Source of the DNA: Parachlamydiales bacterium
Lineage (GTDB): Bacteria; Chlamydiota; Chlamydiia; Chlamydiales; JAJFMK01
Assembly: GCA_963765145.1 (NCBI GenBank)
Contig: CAVXVG010000026.1
Location: 96,001-160,000 of the forward strand
Length of the DNA stretch: 64,000 nt
Direction of reading: 5' to 3'
Shown: piece after piece, positions 41,153 to 50,774 of the stretch
Layout of the letters: the number at the start of each line of letters is the position of its first letter
How positions within the stretch are numbered: the first letter of the stretch is position 1
Made by a program: the position numbers and the translations under genes
Notes under the pieces: model-generated
What the model was told of the DNA's origin: nothing
Database searches by the model: none
What the model saw: the letters and a program-made list of their open reading frames with translations, nothing else

Positions 41153-41219
41153 TAGATATTTTTTATTGCAAAATTTTTTCTTTATGGTCTTAATCAAGCT
41201 TTAAGAGTTTGGAGACAAT

Positions 41220-41483
41220 ATGGGAATCATTTCGACCATTATCATTGGTTTTTTTGTTGGGCTTTTTGCAAGAGCTATAATACCCGGTAGAAATATCTCT
41301 GGTTTCATCATGACAACCTTGCTTGGCATAGCTGGGGCTATAGTTGGAAAATACCTAGGGGAAGGCTTTGGTTTGTACACGGAAGGTCAGTCAGCTGGTT
41401 TTTTCATGTCCTTATTCGGGGCTATGATTCTCCTGTTTATCTATCATGAATTCTTAAACCGAAAAAACCCGCCTACCCAATAG
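41220..41483 (+). CDS. GlsB/YeaQ/YmgE-family membrane protein
   Basis: IIIGFFVGLFARAIIPG, TTLLGIAGAIVG. Confidence 0.9.
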   Translation: MGIISTIIIGFFVGLFARAIIPGRNISGFIMTTLLGIAGAIVGKYLGEGFGLYTEGQSAGFFMSLFGAMILLFIYHEFLNRKNPPTQ

Positions 41484-41555
41484 TGCAACGTGTATTCAAT
41501 TGATTTAAATTTACCGTAATTTTATCGTCCTATTTTTAAATTTTTAGGAGTTGAA

Positions 41556-41930
41556 ATGGTAGTTTTAAACAATTTAGCAAGCATCGTTAGCCAAGTCATA
41601 CAAAACCCATTTGGTTTGGGTTTTGAAGTTCATGACAAAAAGCTTTATGTCCCTGTAGGCAGCGTCATCAACTGCATCGGTTATAACGACTTTTTAGAGC
41701 GGTTTGTAGGTGTAGCTCGTATGGGGTTTGCGCTTCTCGCACTTGCTACTACTGAAAGCAAGAAAGAAAGACTACTCGCAGCAGGCCACGTTTTCAGGGG
41801 TGCTTTGGAAATGAGGGGCGACTTTGAGTTTTACCTGCTTGTTCTCGATGCTATATTTACAGTTGTAAATGTTTCATCCAAGCTGTTTCCAAAACCCAAT
41901 GGAGACACTACACCTGCAGGCGCTAATTAG
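41556..41930 (+). CDS. Hypothetical membrane-associated protein
   Basis: 124 aa with AGGAG RBS; GHVFRGALE. Confidence 0.7.
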   Translation: MVVLNNLASIVSQVIQNPFGLGFEVHDKKLYVPVGSVINCIGYNDFLERFVGVARMGFALLALATTESKKERLLAAGHVFRGALEMRGDFEFYLLVLDAIFTVVNVSSKLFPKPNGDTTPAGAN

Positions 41931-42733
41931 CGAGCAGGTTGCTGCGACATGTGATGACGGAGAGCAAAAATAGCTGAGGCAGTGATTTTTGGAAGGAAGA
42001 TCGCTGCTTTCCACGTGTAAAACAGTACGCCTTTTGTAAGTCGACTTACCTTGGCAGTTGTCCCGGCAGGAACAAGTGCCCAAGTGGCTAAGAAGGATAG
42101 GGTGGCGATAGCTATCAATGGGTGGCGAAAAATGGAAAAACAAATTTTTGCAGCAATTCCCGCTATTTTTACGGCAATTTTTAACACTTTTGGTGCTAAT
42201 TTAAACGGGGAATAGAGTGCGTGGAGAAAAATCGCGCCGACTTTCTTGGCGGTCTTTGCTATAGATTTAACTGTTGAGTAAATCGTTTTGCCTACAAACT
42301 TGGCTGTTTTTTTGATGATAGCCTTCAACGAAAGTGAAAGCGCCTTCAAGGCAATATAAGTAACTATTGTAAAATAGCTAGTTCGGTAACTGGAGAACTC
42401 TTTCTCGACACTGCGCTTTGCGTAAAAAATGTAGCCAATAGCTCCCACAGTAGCAGACCCCGGAAAGAGATTTGTTGCACAAGCTCCCAAAACAATGACG
42501 CCAATAGCGCGGTGTGCAAGACCAAGCTTTATTTGGTTAAGATGATACGGTGTATGCTTCTCTTTATCGTAATCGTAAAGATCTTTGGTGCCCTGACAAA
42601 AAAGGATGCTCCATTCCAGAGCCGGTATGATGCATAGGCAGCGTGCCTTTTTCGCTATGAACGGGCTTGTCGCAACCGGAATGATGTAGTTAGTTAAAAT
42701 TGTTCCCACAAAGCCCATTTTTTGAATCTTCAT
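41927..42733 (-). CDS. Hypothetical basic/hydrophobic protein
   Basis: 268-aa ORF. Confidence 0.7.
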   Translation of the reverse strand: MKIQKMGFVGTILTNYIIPVATSPFIAKKARCLCIIPALEWSILFCQGTKDLYDYDKEKHTPYHLNQIKLGLAHRAIGVIVLGACATNLFPGSATVGAIGYIFYAKRSVEKEFSSYRTSYFTIVTYIALKALSLSLKAIIKKTAKFVGKTIYSTVKSIAKTAKKVGAIFLHALYSPFKLAPKVLKIAVKIAGIAAKICFSIFRHPLIAIATLSFLATWALVPAGTTAKVSRLTKGVLFYTWKAAIFLPKITASAIFALRHHMSQQPAR

Positions 42734-42770
42734 TATATATTTTATTTAAATGTTTGTCGAGGTTACGCAC

Positions 42771-43019
42771 TTATTTCGGGTAATTTTTGGCTCGATCTAA
42801 GAAAATGTTGTGGTTCTGCTTCCAGGCGTCATAGCCGATTGAGCCGTTGTCTGTTAGATTGTCGATGTATGTGCTGAGCTTGTTAAGCAGCTCTGTATTT
42901 TGAACTTTTACAAAGAAAACAGCGTCTTCCTTTTTTGGGCAATTGACCGATTCATCCTTTCTGCATTCCAACGAAAAAAGGGCGGTTATTGCAAATTTTC
43001 CACCTGAATTGTCTGCAAC
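42771..43019 (-). pseudogene. Duplicated 3' end of the substrate-binding protein gene
   Basis: 249 bp matching 46531-46779, 12 mismatches by hand count. Confidence 0.9.
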
Positions 43020-43131
43020 GACGGACTTTTTTCTTTTGTTAGTGCTATTCTCCTCATGATTCTTGTGACAGAGTTGACTTATAGAAAAATTTTTGTCACA
43101 GACCACTTCATTGTTACAAAGGCGGACTCAA

Positions 43132-44184
43132 ATGAGTCAAGATGTTGTAGAGAAAGCTGATCTATTCATTCCGAAAGAGTATGGAGCTTTTCTTAAGGAA
43201 ATTAAGGAGAAAATTCTATCTTCTCAAGTTAAGGCTGCTTTAGCTATTAACCGAGAACTGATCGTACTGTATTGGGACATCGGATCGAAGATTCATTTGA
43301 AGCAGAGAGGCGAAGGTTGGGGAGCTAAGACGATAGAAAATCTGTCCAAAGACTTGAAAAGTAGTTTCCCTAATATGCAGGGCTTTTCCTCTAGAAACCT
43401 CAAATATATGGTCCATTTTGCGAAGGAGTATCCCGATTTCGCAATTGGGCAACAGGTTGTTGCCCAAATTCCATGGGGTCATAACATTCTTCTCCTTCAA
43501 AAACTTGAAACTGTCCAAGACAGACTCTGGTATGCCCACAAAACGATTGAACAGGGGTGGAGCCGAAATGTTCTACTTCATTGGCTAGATAGCGATCTCC
43601 ACAGAAGAGAAGGCAAAGCCATTACCAATTTCCAAAATACCCTTCCTTCTCCTCAATCAGACTTAGCCCATCAAACTTTAAAAGACCCGTATTGCTTTGA
43701 CTTTCTCACCTTGAGAGATAAACATGATGAACAAGAGCTAGAATCTGGTCTATTGGATCATGTGCAAAAATTTCTTCTTGAATTAGGAGCTGGTTTTTCG
43801 TTTGTCGGACGCCAAGTCCATTTATCCATTGGTGATCAAGATTTTTATGTCGATCTGCTCTTCTATCATTACAAGCTTCGGTGTTTTATCGTGGTTGAGT
43901 TGAAAGCAACAGATTTTAAACCTGAGTTTGCAGGGAAAATGAACTTTTATCTGTCTGCTGTGGATGATTTAATGAAGCATGCCGATGACAAGCCAAGCAT
44001 AGGAATTCTTCTTTGCAAGGGCAAGAACAAGGTTGTGGCTGAGTATGCCCTTCGTGATATCAATAAACCTATAGGCATCTCCCAATATGAAGCGGCTATT
44101 GTAGAATCTCTTCCGAGTGACCTAAAGGGCTCCCTTCCAAGTATTGAAGAACTTGAGCAAGAATTAGAAGATAAAAGCCTGTGA
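43132..44184 (+). CDS. YhcG/DUF1016 PD-(D/E)XK nuclease-domain protein
   Basis: LYWDIG, GFSSRNLKYM, LKDPYCFDFL, FLLELGAGFSFVGRQ, DLLFYH, VVELK. Confidence 0.95.
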   Translation: MSQDVVEKADLFIPKEYGAFLKEIKEKILSSQVKAALAINRELIVLYWDIGSKIHLKQRGEGWGAKTIENLSKDLKSSFPNMQGFSSRNLKYMVHFAKEYPDFAIGQQVVAQIPWGHNILLLQKLETVQDRLWYAHKTIEQGWSRNVLLHWLDSDLHRREGKAITNFQNTLPSPQSDLAHQTLKDPYCFDFLTLRDKHDEQELESGLLDHVQKFLLELGAGFSFVGRQVHLSIGDQDFYVDLLFYHYKLRCFIVVELKATDFKPEFAGKMNFYLSAVDDLMKHADDKPSIGILLCKGKNKVVAEYALRDINKPIGISQYEAAIVESLPSDLKGSLPSIEELEQELEDKSL

Positions 44185-44232
44185 GACGTAAAAGGGGGTT
44201 TGACTCCAAGCGCTAAAGCAAGTTGAATTGTT

Positions 44233-45378
44233 ATGAATATGTCCTTTGAAGAAAATGTGTATGGCTTGATTAATGAGTTTGGGGAGTTCTCTTATACGAT
44301 TGAGAGCACCGATCCAGTATGGGAGGTCATTTTTCCTCATAAAACTTCTCGCTATGAAGTCTACCATTACATGCGTGTGACAAAATACCGCGACACTTTT
44401 TATATCGCACTTGTTGATGGTGAGCTGTGCTCTTTGGAAATTCAAATGAACGCAAGTGTTCAGGTAGTCCAGTCATTTGGTTCCTCACATCGAGTTGATG
44501 ATCCTGCAAGAGGGTGGAACAGTCTTATCTCTTCCGCCCTGAACTGGCTCAAAATTGTGAAAAAAGATTGGATTAAAGCAAACAAACAAGTGTGGTTATC
44601 TTACCCACTTAATCGTCGATATGGCATTGCATGCCATTCTCTCATCAGGGAATCGCTTGCAGATATGTATCGGCTTGATCAGGAACTGGGCAAAGCTAAA
44701 ACAAAAAAATTCATTAAACTTGTTGAGCAAGGAGAGGTCAGAAGTTATAACAGTGCGGTTTTGTCAATGACCGCAAATAAGTATTTCGAATATTGCAAAA
44801 TTGCCTACATTTCAGGGCAAAGAAAGGATGACTTTGTAGATGAAAATTTGTCCGGGCGTCAAATGTATGAGCGCTATGCAGATGGAAGAAATGAGGGGCT
44901 ATTAGAAATAGCAGAAAATTCTAAGGAGGAATTTGCAGATTGGATTGATGGCAAGCATCCTAAAAGAACAAGTGGCGGGCACCCTTGGGAAATTAAGAGA
45001 GGGGGTAACACAACTCATATTGACCTATCTGTGTCTCGTTGCAATTATAATAAGGAAAGCTTCGTAGTACAGTTGAGCGGTCGCTCCCTAAGTAGGTTAA
45101 AGGAAACAATTTGCATGTTTTTGGGTATTCATGCGGCAGGTTTACCTATCACAATTGATGATCCCGAAGGTATTCGAAAGAGATTATTAGCACAGGATAA
45201 TATCGGCATTGTGCCCTGTTTTCACTCCTTACATAGGGCTAATCAACATTTTCATGGGCATGATTCTGTGTATGATGTTATGTATTACGACGATCTTGGT
45301 AGGTATAAAAGTCGCATTAGGCCGTTTATTACATGGGAGCCTTTGCCTTTACTTGTACCCGGGAAACTCAAATGTTAA
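44233..45378 (+). CDS. Hypothetical protein, same orientation and 48 bp downstream of the YhcG gene
   Basis: 381 aa; motifs YERYADGR and GGHPWEIKRGGNTTHIDL. Confidence 0.8.
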   Translation: MNMSFEENVYGLINEFGEFSYTIESTDPVWEVIFPHKTSRYEVYHYMRVTKYRDTFYIALVDGELCSLEIQMNASVQVVQSFGSSHRVDDPARGWNSLISSALNWLKIVKKDWIKANKQVWLSYPLNRRYGIACHSLIRESLADMYRLDQELGKAKTKKFIKLVEQGEVRSYNSAVLSMTANKYFEYCKIAYISGQRKDDFVDENLSGRQMYERYADGRNEGLLEIAENSKEEFADWIDGKHPKRTSGGHPWEIKRGGNTTHIDLSVSRCNYNKESFVVQLSGRSLSRLKETICMFLGIHAAGLPITIDDPEGIRKRLLAQDNIGIVPCFHSLHRANQHFHGHDSVYDVMYYDDLGRYKSRIRPFITWEPLPLLVPGKLKC

Positions 45379-45446
45379 TTGATTATATTTCAGATTTTCA
45401 TTGATACGCTCCGGTTCTATTAGGAGGCGATGTTCTGATTATAGCC

Positions 45447-45692
45447 GGTAATTTTTGGCTCGATCTAAGAAAATGTTGTGGTTCTGCTTCCAGGCGTCAT
45501 AGCCAATTGAGCCGTTGTCTGTTAGATTGTCGATGTATGTGCTGAGCTTGTTAAGCAGCTCTGTATTTTGAACTTTTACAAAAAAGGATGCTCCATTCCA
45601 GAGCCGGTATGACGCATAGGCAGCGTGCCTTTTTCATTACGAAAGGGCTTGTCGCAACCGGAATGATGTAGTTAGTTAAAATTGTTCCCACA
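45447..45692. repeat. Chimeric duplication of two upstream segments
   Basis: 45447-45582 matches 42779-42914 and 45578-45692 matches 42596-42710; joined at shared ACAAA. Confidence 0.9.
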
Positions 45693-45725
45693 TGGCTCGT
45701 TTTTTTAAAGTGCTGCCTCGATCCC

Positions 45726-46412
45726 TCAGTCTGCCCGCTTAGGCAGGGTATCTGAAGCTGCTTTTATTTCTGGGTATGCGATAATGAGATTTGTTAGAAA
45801 CTCTTTAAGCTGTTCTTGCCGAACAGGGTTTGTTGTTTCGTAATCAGTAAAAAGAGAAGGGGCCATCTCATTAACAAAAGCATTAAGTTTTTTTGAATCA
45901 CTACCTTCCTGAACCCATGCATTGTGAATTATTTCCAATACAGGCAGCGGACTTGTGTCACCCGAACAGTCTCTAATAATCCCCGCATAACCTTTTGCAT
46001 TTTGTGAAGGGGCACCACCAGAATCTATTCTATAGCGGGGGTACAGAGCGCCTAGCGTATCATTATATATATTTCCGAATAACGGTTCACGTTTGAGATG
46101 TTGTTGACAAGCTTGAAGAGTTGACAAGTCAACTTGTGTTTCCTTGTTCCTGCTGAAAAAAGCAGTAACAACTCTTGCGAATGCAGCGAAGAAATTAGAA
46201 GAGCTTTCTTTAAAACTAATTAAGTGGGCCATGACTCTTGTCTTAAACGCCATTTGATCGGACTCAAGCTTTGAGTCCCCTTGGCTAGTTGCCGATGTGC
46301 TTTTGCCCTTTGGAGGAGGCTCGGGTTTCTTGGGGGAGGTTTTTGGTGTTTCCCCGGTGCTTGGAGGAAGGCCGAGGTTGGGGTCGTTTTGAGATGGGAA
46401 TATGAGGCTCAT
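45726..46412 (-). CDS. Hypothetical protein with Pro/Ser-rich N-terminus
   Basis: 228 aa with AAGGAG RBS. Confidence 0.7.
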   Translation of the reverse strand: MSLIFPSQNDPNLGLPPSTGETPKTSPKKPEPPPKGKSTSATSQGDSKLESDQMAFKTRVMAHLISFKESSSNFFAAFARVVTAFFSRNKETQVDLSTLQACQQHLKREPLFGNIYNDTLGALYPRYRIDSGGAPSQNAKGYAGIIRDCSGDTSPLPVLEIIHNAWVQEGSDSKKLNAFVNEMAPSLFTDYETTNPVRQEQLKEFLTNLIIAYPEIKAASDTLPKRAD

Positions 46413-46530
46413 AAGATAGCTCCTTTTTTGGGTAACACAACCTTTTCCCTATACTAAATCGAACTTGTAAAGACCATGTAAAGTTGAAGAATTGGGCTTG
46501 AAATTCATTGCTTTAGAATACAAGCGTCGC

Positions 46531-47538
46531 TTATTTCGGGTAATTTTTCGCGCGATCTAAGAAAATGTTATGGTTCTGCTTCCAGGCGTCATAGCCGATT
46601 GAGCCGTTGTCTGTCAGATAGTCGATGTAGGTGTTGAGCTTGTTAAGCAGCTCTGTATTTTGAACTTTTACAAAGAAAACAGCCTCTTCCTTTTTTGAGC
46701 AATTGACCGATTCATCCTTTCGGCATTCCAGCGAAAAAAGGGCGGTTATTGCAAATTTTCCACCTGAGTTGTCTGCAACAAGGCGGTTTCCAATTTCACC
46801 TCTGGCAATTGCGTCAATATAACCTGCTTGTAAGGCCGGTATCATAGAATCTTCTGCGACAAAATACTTTGTAATCGGCAAAGAGCAATTAGGAGGGATC
46901 AGCATCAAACGGTTTGCTACTTTTGGATCATAGATGCTAAGAGATCCGTCACTTGTGATAAGCGATTTATTCTCTAGAACCACTGTTGTCCCTTTTTGGA
47001 TAAGCCCTTTGTCCAAATCATTGATAAGGCTAGTTTGCGCCAGAAAGCGGTATTCCCCAGTAGTTCCTCTCACTGCTCCCACAGTATAGCCACAGGTCAA
47101 ATCGTGATGATTTTTTATCCGACTGGCCTCTGTCGCATTCATCAGCAGAGATTGCTTAAACTGCACGGTTCCGTGAGTGGTGGCCAGTACTGTTGTCCCT
47201 TTTTCATTCAAAAGGCGCATATCTTCTCGTGAGATGCCTCCTATGGCAATGTCGATTTCAGGGTTTGTGTAGGGATAGAGCCAGATGTTGTTCCACTCTT
47301 TAACTCCATGGAATTGAAAAGTCATGTCCGACCCTGGAATGGCCTCTATTGCACGAAGAAGATCAACTTCATACCCTTTTGGGTTATTAAATTTAGGATT
47401 TGCAGGATCTCTGCTTTCAGAATAGCTTATCGGCTCAAAATCTGAGTAAAACGCAACTTGATAGATTTTTCCCTCCAATAGTCCTGAAAAAAATAAAAGC
47501 ATAAAAATGATCGATTTCATAGTCAAACCTGTCTTCAT
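46531..47538 (-). CDS. Orphan amino-acid-type substrate-binding protein
   Basis: Signal peptide; DFEPIS, GYEVDLLRAI, DIAIGGIS, GAVRGTTGE. Confidence 0.75.
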   Translation of the reverse strand: MKTGLTMKSIIFMLLFFSGLLEGKIYQVAFYSDFEPISYSESRDPANPKFNNPKGYEVDLLRAIEAIPGSDMTFQFHGVKEWNNIWLYPYTNPEIDIAIGGISREDMRLLNEKGTTVLATTHGTVQFKQSLLMNATEASRIKNHHDLTCGYTVGAVRGTTGEYRFLAQTSLINDLDKGLIQKGTTVVLENKSLITSDGSLSIYDPKVANRLMLIPPNCSLPITKYFVAEDSMIPALQAGYIDAIARGEIGNRLVADNSGGKFAITALFSLECRKDESVNCSKKEEAVFFVKVQNTELLNKLNTYIDYLTDNGSIGYDAWKQNHNIFLDRAKNYPK

Positions 47539-47608
47539 TCCATTTCATAGCGGTCTGTTGAAATCTCATCAACTGTATACCGGCATCTAGTCGAAATGAT
47601 GGTTTTCT

Positions 47609-47704
47609 CGCGTTAGCGTTTGGAGTGCTAAACTCCTGTTTAGCTTTCACTTTCACTGATAAGTCAAAGCTAAACAGGAGTTTAGCACTCCAAACGCTAA
47701 CGCG
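47609..47704. repeat. Family A palindrome, perfect 39-bp arms and 18-nt loop
   Basis: cgcgttagcgtttggagtgctaaactcctgtttagcttt-cactttcactgataagtc-reverse complement. Confidence 0.95.
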
Positions 47705-47799
47705 TTATTAAAGCCAAGTTTCTAAAGTTCAATTTTCTCCAATCAATCATTGACTTCACTTTATTGAGGGGGATAAAAGGGGATTTGTGAGGGAGAATC

Positions 47800-48594
47800 A
47801 TGGATCTCAGGCTTAAGGGTAAGAAGGCGTTGGTCACTGGAAGCAGCAGTGGGATTGGTGAGGGGATAGCCAAGTGTTTGGCTCTGGAAGGGGCACACGT
47901 CATGGTTCAGGGAAGGAAAAAGGTTGAATTGCAACGTGTGGTTAAAGAAATCACCGAAAAAGGAGGTGTTGCCCACTTTGTCGAAGGCGATCTGACTAAT
48001 GATGCTGATGCAAAATGGGTTGTCAATAAAACATTAGACACATTTCAGCAGTTAGATGTCCTCGTTAACAATGCAGGGGCCTTTCCTGAAAGAGGTTGGC
48101 TCGAGGGCACTCCACAAGAATGGATCGATCTGTTCAACAGCAATGTCGTCTCGATGGTTCGCATGATACAAGCCTTTCTTCCTCAAATGAAGGCACTTGG
48201 ATGGGGGCGCATCATCCAGATCGCAAGTGTTGCAGGCACTCATCCATCGCCTATTTTACCCGATTATGGGGTGACCAAAGCGGCTAACATCAACATGACC
48301 CTCAGTTTAGCGAAGGAGCTTACCGGCACCGGCATCACTGTGAATACCGTTTCTCCAGGTCCCATAACAACTACAGGAACAAAGAGCTTGTTTATGCAAA
48401 TAGCTGCCGAAAAAGGATGGGGAACCGATTGGAGTGAGATAGAAAAAAAAGTGACCCACGAAATGTTACCAAATATGGCTCGCCGTTTTGGTACTTCGGA
48501 AGAGGTGGGGCAGTTGGTGACCTTTTTGGCAAGCCCAGCAGCCGGCTTTATTAACGGAAGCAATTATGTCATCGATGGCGGCCGATTAGGCTAA
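47800..48594 (+). CDS. SDR oxidoreductase
   Basis: TGSSSGIG, NNAG, YGVTK, IDGG. Confidence 0.93.
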   Translation: MDLRLKGKKALVTGSSSGIGEGIAKCLALEGAHVMVQGRKKVELQRVVKEITEKGGVAHFVEGDLTNDADAKWVVNKTLDTFQQLDVLVNNAGAFPERGWLEGTPQEWIDLFNSNVVSMVRMIQAFLPQMKALGWGRIIQIASVAGTHPSPILPDYGVTKAANINMTLSLAKELTGTGITVNTVSPGPITTTGTKSLFMQIAAEKGWGTDWSEIEKKVTHEMLPNMARRFGTSEEVGQLVTFLASPAAGFINGSNYVIDGGRLG

Positions 48595-48618
48595 TTAGGA
48601 AAAGTAAGGAGCAAACGA

Positions 48619-49374
48619 ATGAACAAGAAAAATGAAAAACCTTTAGCTGGTAAAGTTGCGATCGTCACCGGAGGCGCACGAAGCATCGGCGCAGCGATTG
48701 CCAAGCGTTTAGCTGCCGAAGGGGCAAGTGTCGCTATCACCTATTCTAAAAGCGCAGACGCTGCAGCCTTGGTAGTCAAAGCGATAGAGAAAGATGGTGG
48801 GAAGGCGATTGCGATAAAGGCTGACGCTGCTGATGCTAAAGCGACGACGGATGCCGTTAAAAAAACAGTCGACACATTTGGACGGCTCGACATTTTAGTG
48901 AACAATGCCGGCACAGTCATTCCAAAGACTGTCGAAGAGACAACCCTTGAGGAGTTCGACCAGGTTTTTGCAATCAACGTCCGTGGGGTTTTTGTGGCAA
49001 CACAGGCAGCGCTTAAGCACATAAAGGCGGGCGGACGCATCATCATGATTGGTTCGTGCGTAGGCGAGCGGGTGTTGATACCTGCCATGGCACCTTACTC
49101 TGCAACCAAAGGAGCCATCAAAATGTTCACGCAAGGTTTGGCTCGTGAATTAGGCGCGCGAGGGATTACGGTCAATAATGTCCAGCCCGGGCCAATCGAC
49201 ACTGATCTCAACCCAGCATCAAGCGAATGGGCTGCAAGCCAGACTCCAAACGTTCCGCTCAATCGTTATGGAAATGTTGATGAGGTCGCGGCGCTTGTTG
49301 CGTTTGTCGCAGGACCAGAATCTTCATACATCAACGGTGCAAACCTAACGGTCGACGGTGGCACTAACGCCTAA
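48619..49374 (+). CDS. SDR oxidoreductase, BdcA-like
   Basis: TGGARSIG, YSATK, VQPGPIDTDLNP. Confidence 0.93.
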   Translation: MNKKNEKPLAGKVAIVTGGARSIGAAIAKRLAAEGASVAITYSKSADAAALVVKAIEKDGGKAIAIKADAADAKATTDAVKKTVDTFGRLDILVNNAGTVIPKTVEETTLEEFDQVFAINVRGVFVATQAALKHIKAGGRIIMIGSCVGERVLIPAMAPYSATKGAIKMFTQGLARELGARGITVNNVQPGPIDTDLNPASSEWAASQTPNVPLNRYGNVDEVAALVAFVAGPESSYINGANLTVDGGTNA

Positions 49375-49402
49375 ACTGCGCAAAGTCAAGGTAGTAGACA
49401 AA

Positions 49403-49440
49403 TACCTATTAAGTAGGTTATATAACCTATTAAATAGGTA
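49403..49440 (+). promoter_or_regulatory. Tandem palindromic operators over a putative promoter
   Basis: acctattaagtaggt (49404-49418) and acctattaaataggt (49425-49439), just upstream of the HTH gene. Confidence 0.65.
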
Positions 49441-49444
49441 GATT

Positions 49445-49780
49445 ATGCTAGAGTATCTCTTTGCCAATAAAAATGTTGAGAAGATATTGTACTTTCTCTA
49501 TTTGCATGGAAAATGTCATGCAAGCGAATTGAGTAAGTGTTTTGACTCAGCTTTGGATCCGATCCAAAAAACACTACTGAAGTTGGAATGGGGAGGTTTA
49601 CTTGTAAGTTTTTCAGAAGGCAAAACTCGAATCTTTGAATGGAATCCTCGTTATCCTTTTTTAAAAGAGGTCCAGAACCTTGCAAAAAAGATGGATGATT
49701 TTCTTCCCGAAGAGATCAAAGAGAGGTATTATCTCTCTAAAAAAAGAAAAAGGCCTAGGAAAACAGGCAAACCCCTTTAA
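49445..49780 (+). CDS. Winged-helix DNA-binding protein, putative antitoxin
   Basis: ArsR-like pattern ASELSK...IQKTLLKLEWGGLLVS...GKTRIF. Confidence 0.75.
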   Translation: MLEYLFANKNVEKILYFLYLHGKCHASELSKCFDSALDPIQKTLLKLEWGGLLVSFSEGKTRIFEWNPRYPFLKEVQNLAKKMDDFLPEEIKERYYLSKKRKRPRKTGKPL

Positions 49781-49786
49781 AGAACC

Positions 49787-50323
49787 ATGGTCATTGATTT
49801 TTCCACTGTAGATGCTAAACAACTTGCCACACTCGTTTGTGAAACCTTAGCTAAAAATGGTGTTGAGGCCATTCTTGTTGGTGGCGCTTGTGTGACAATT
49901 TATTCAGAAAATCACTACCAATCCCACGACTTAGATTTTGCAACTTATCATGATCTCAATAAGGTAGGTTCGGTTTTAAAAAAGCTAGGATTCGAAAGAA
50001 AAGGAAAGTATTTTGTCAAAACAGACTGCCCGTTTTATATCGACCTCGTTAACCCTCCTATTGCTGTAGGAGAAGAATCAGTGAAAAAATTTGAAAGGCT
50101 TCAGTCAGCTCTCGGAACACTTGTTCTCCTAACGCCTGTAGATTGTGTTAAAGACCGACTTGCAGCCTTTTTTCACTGGAATGACCTACAAGCACTAGAG
50201 CAGGCCCTTTTAGTCTCAACTCATTGTTCCGTTGATCTCGATGAGATCAAAGAATGGTCAACGAAAGAAGGGCATTTGGTTAAGTACAAAGAATTTCTAA
50301 ATCGTTTTTCTAGTATTCAGTAA
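49787..50323 (+). CDS. Pol-beta-fold nucleotidyltransferase, putative toxin
   Basis: ILVGGACV ... SHDLDF (GG...DxD) motif. Confidence 0.75.
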   Translation: MVIDFSTVDAKQLATLVCETLAKNGVEAILVGGACVTIYSENHYQSHDLDFATYHDLNKVGSVLKKLGFERKGKYFVKTDCPFYIDLVNPPIAVGEESVKKFERLQSALGTLVLLTPVDCVKDRLAAFFHWNDLQALEQALLVSTHCSVDLDEIKEWSTKEGHLVKYKEFLNRFSSIQ

Positions 50324-50325
50324 GC

Positions 50326-50722
50326 AGCGCGAATCTAACGATTGACGACGGCACTAACGCTTAAGCACATAAAGGCGGGCGGACGCATCATCATGATCGG
50401 TTCGTGCGTAGGCGAGCGAGTGTTAATACCTGCCATGGCACCTTACTCTGCAACCAAAGGAGCCATCAAAATGTTCACGCAAGGTTTGGCTCGTGAATTA
50501 GGCGCGCGAGGGATTACGGTCAATAATGTCCAGCCCGGGCCAATCGACACCGATCTCAACCCAGCATCAAGCGAATGGGCTGCAAGCCAGACTCCAAACG
50601 TTCCGCTCAATCGTTATGGAAATGTTGATGAGGTCGCGGCGCTTGTTGCGTTTGTCGCAGGACCAGAATCTTCATACATCAACGGTGCAAACCTAACGGT
50701 CGACGGCGGCACTAACGCTTAA
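50326..50722 (+). pseudogene. Duplicated 3' parts of the SDR gene 48619..49374
   Basis: 50358-50722 matches 49010-49374; 50326-50364 is a divergent copy of the last 12 codons. Confidence 0.9.
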
Positions 50723-50774
50723 AGACGCTTTGCCACCCTGTCTAAAGCAACACTTCTCAAAAGCTGTTTAAACT

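Noticed and set aside
42771..50722. Duplicated gene 3' ends as DGR template and variable repeats
   Set aside because: Mismatches are not adenine-specific on either strand and no reverse transcriptase is in the window
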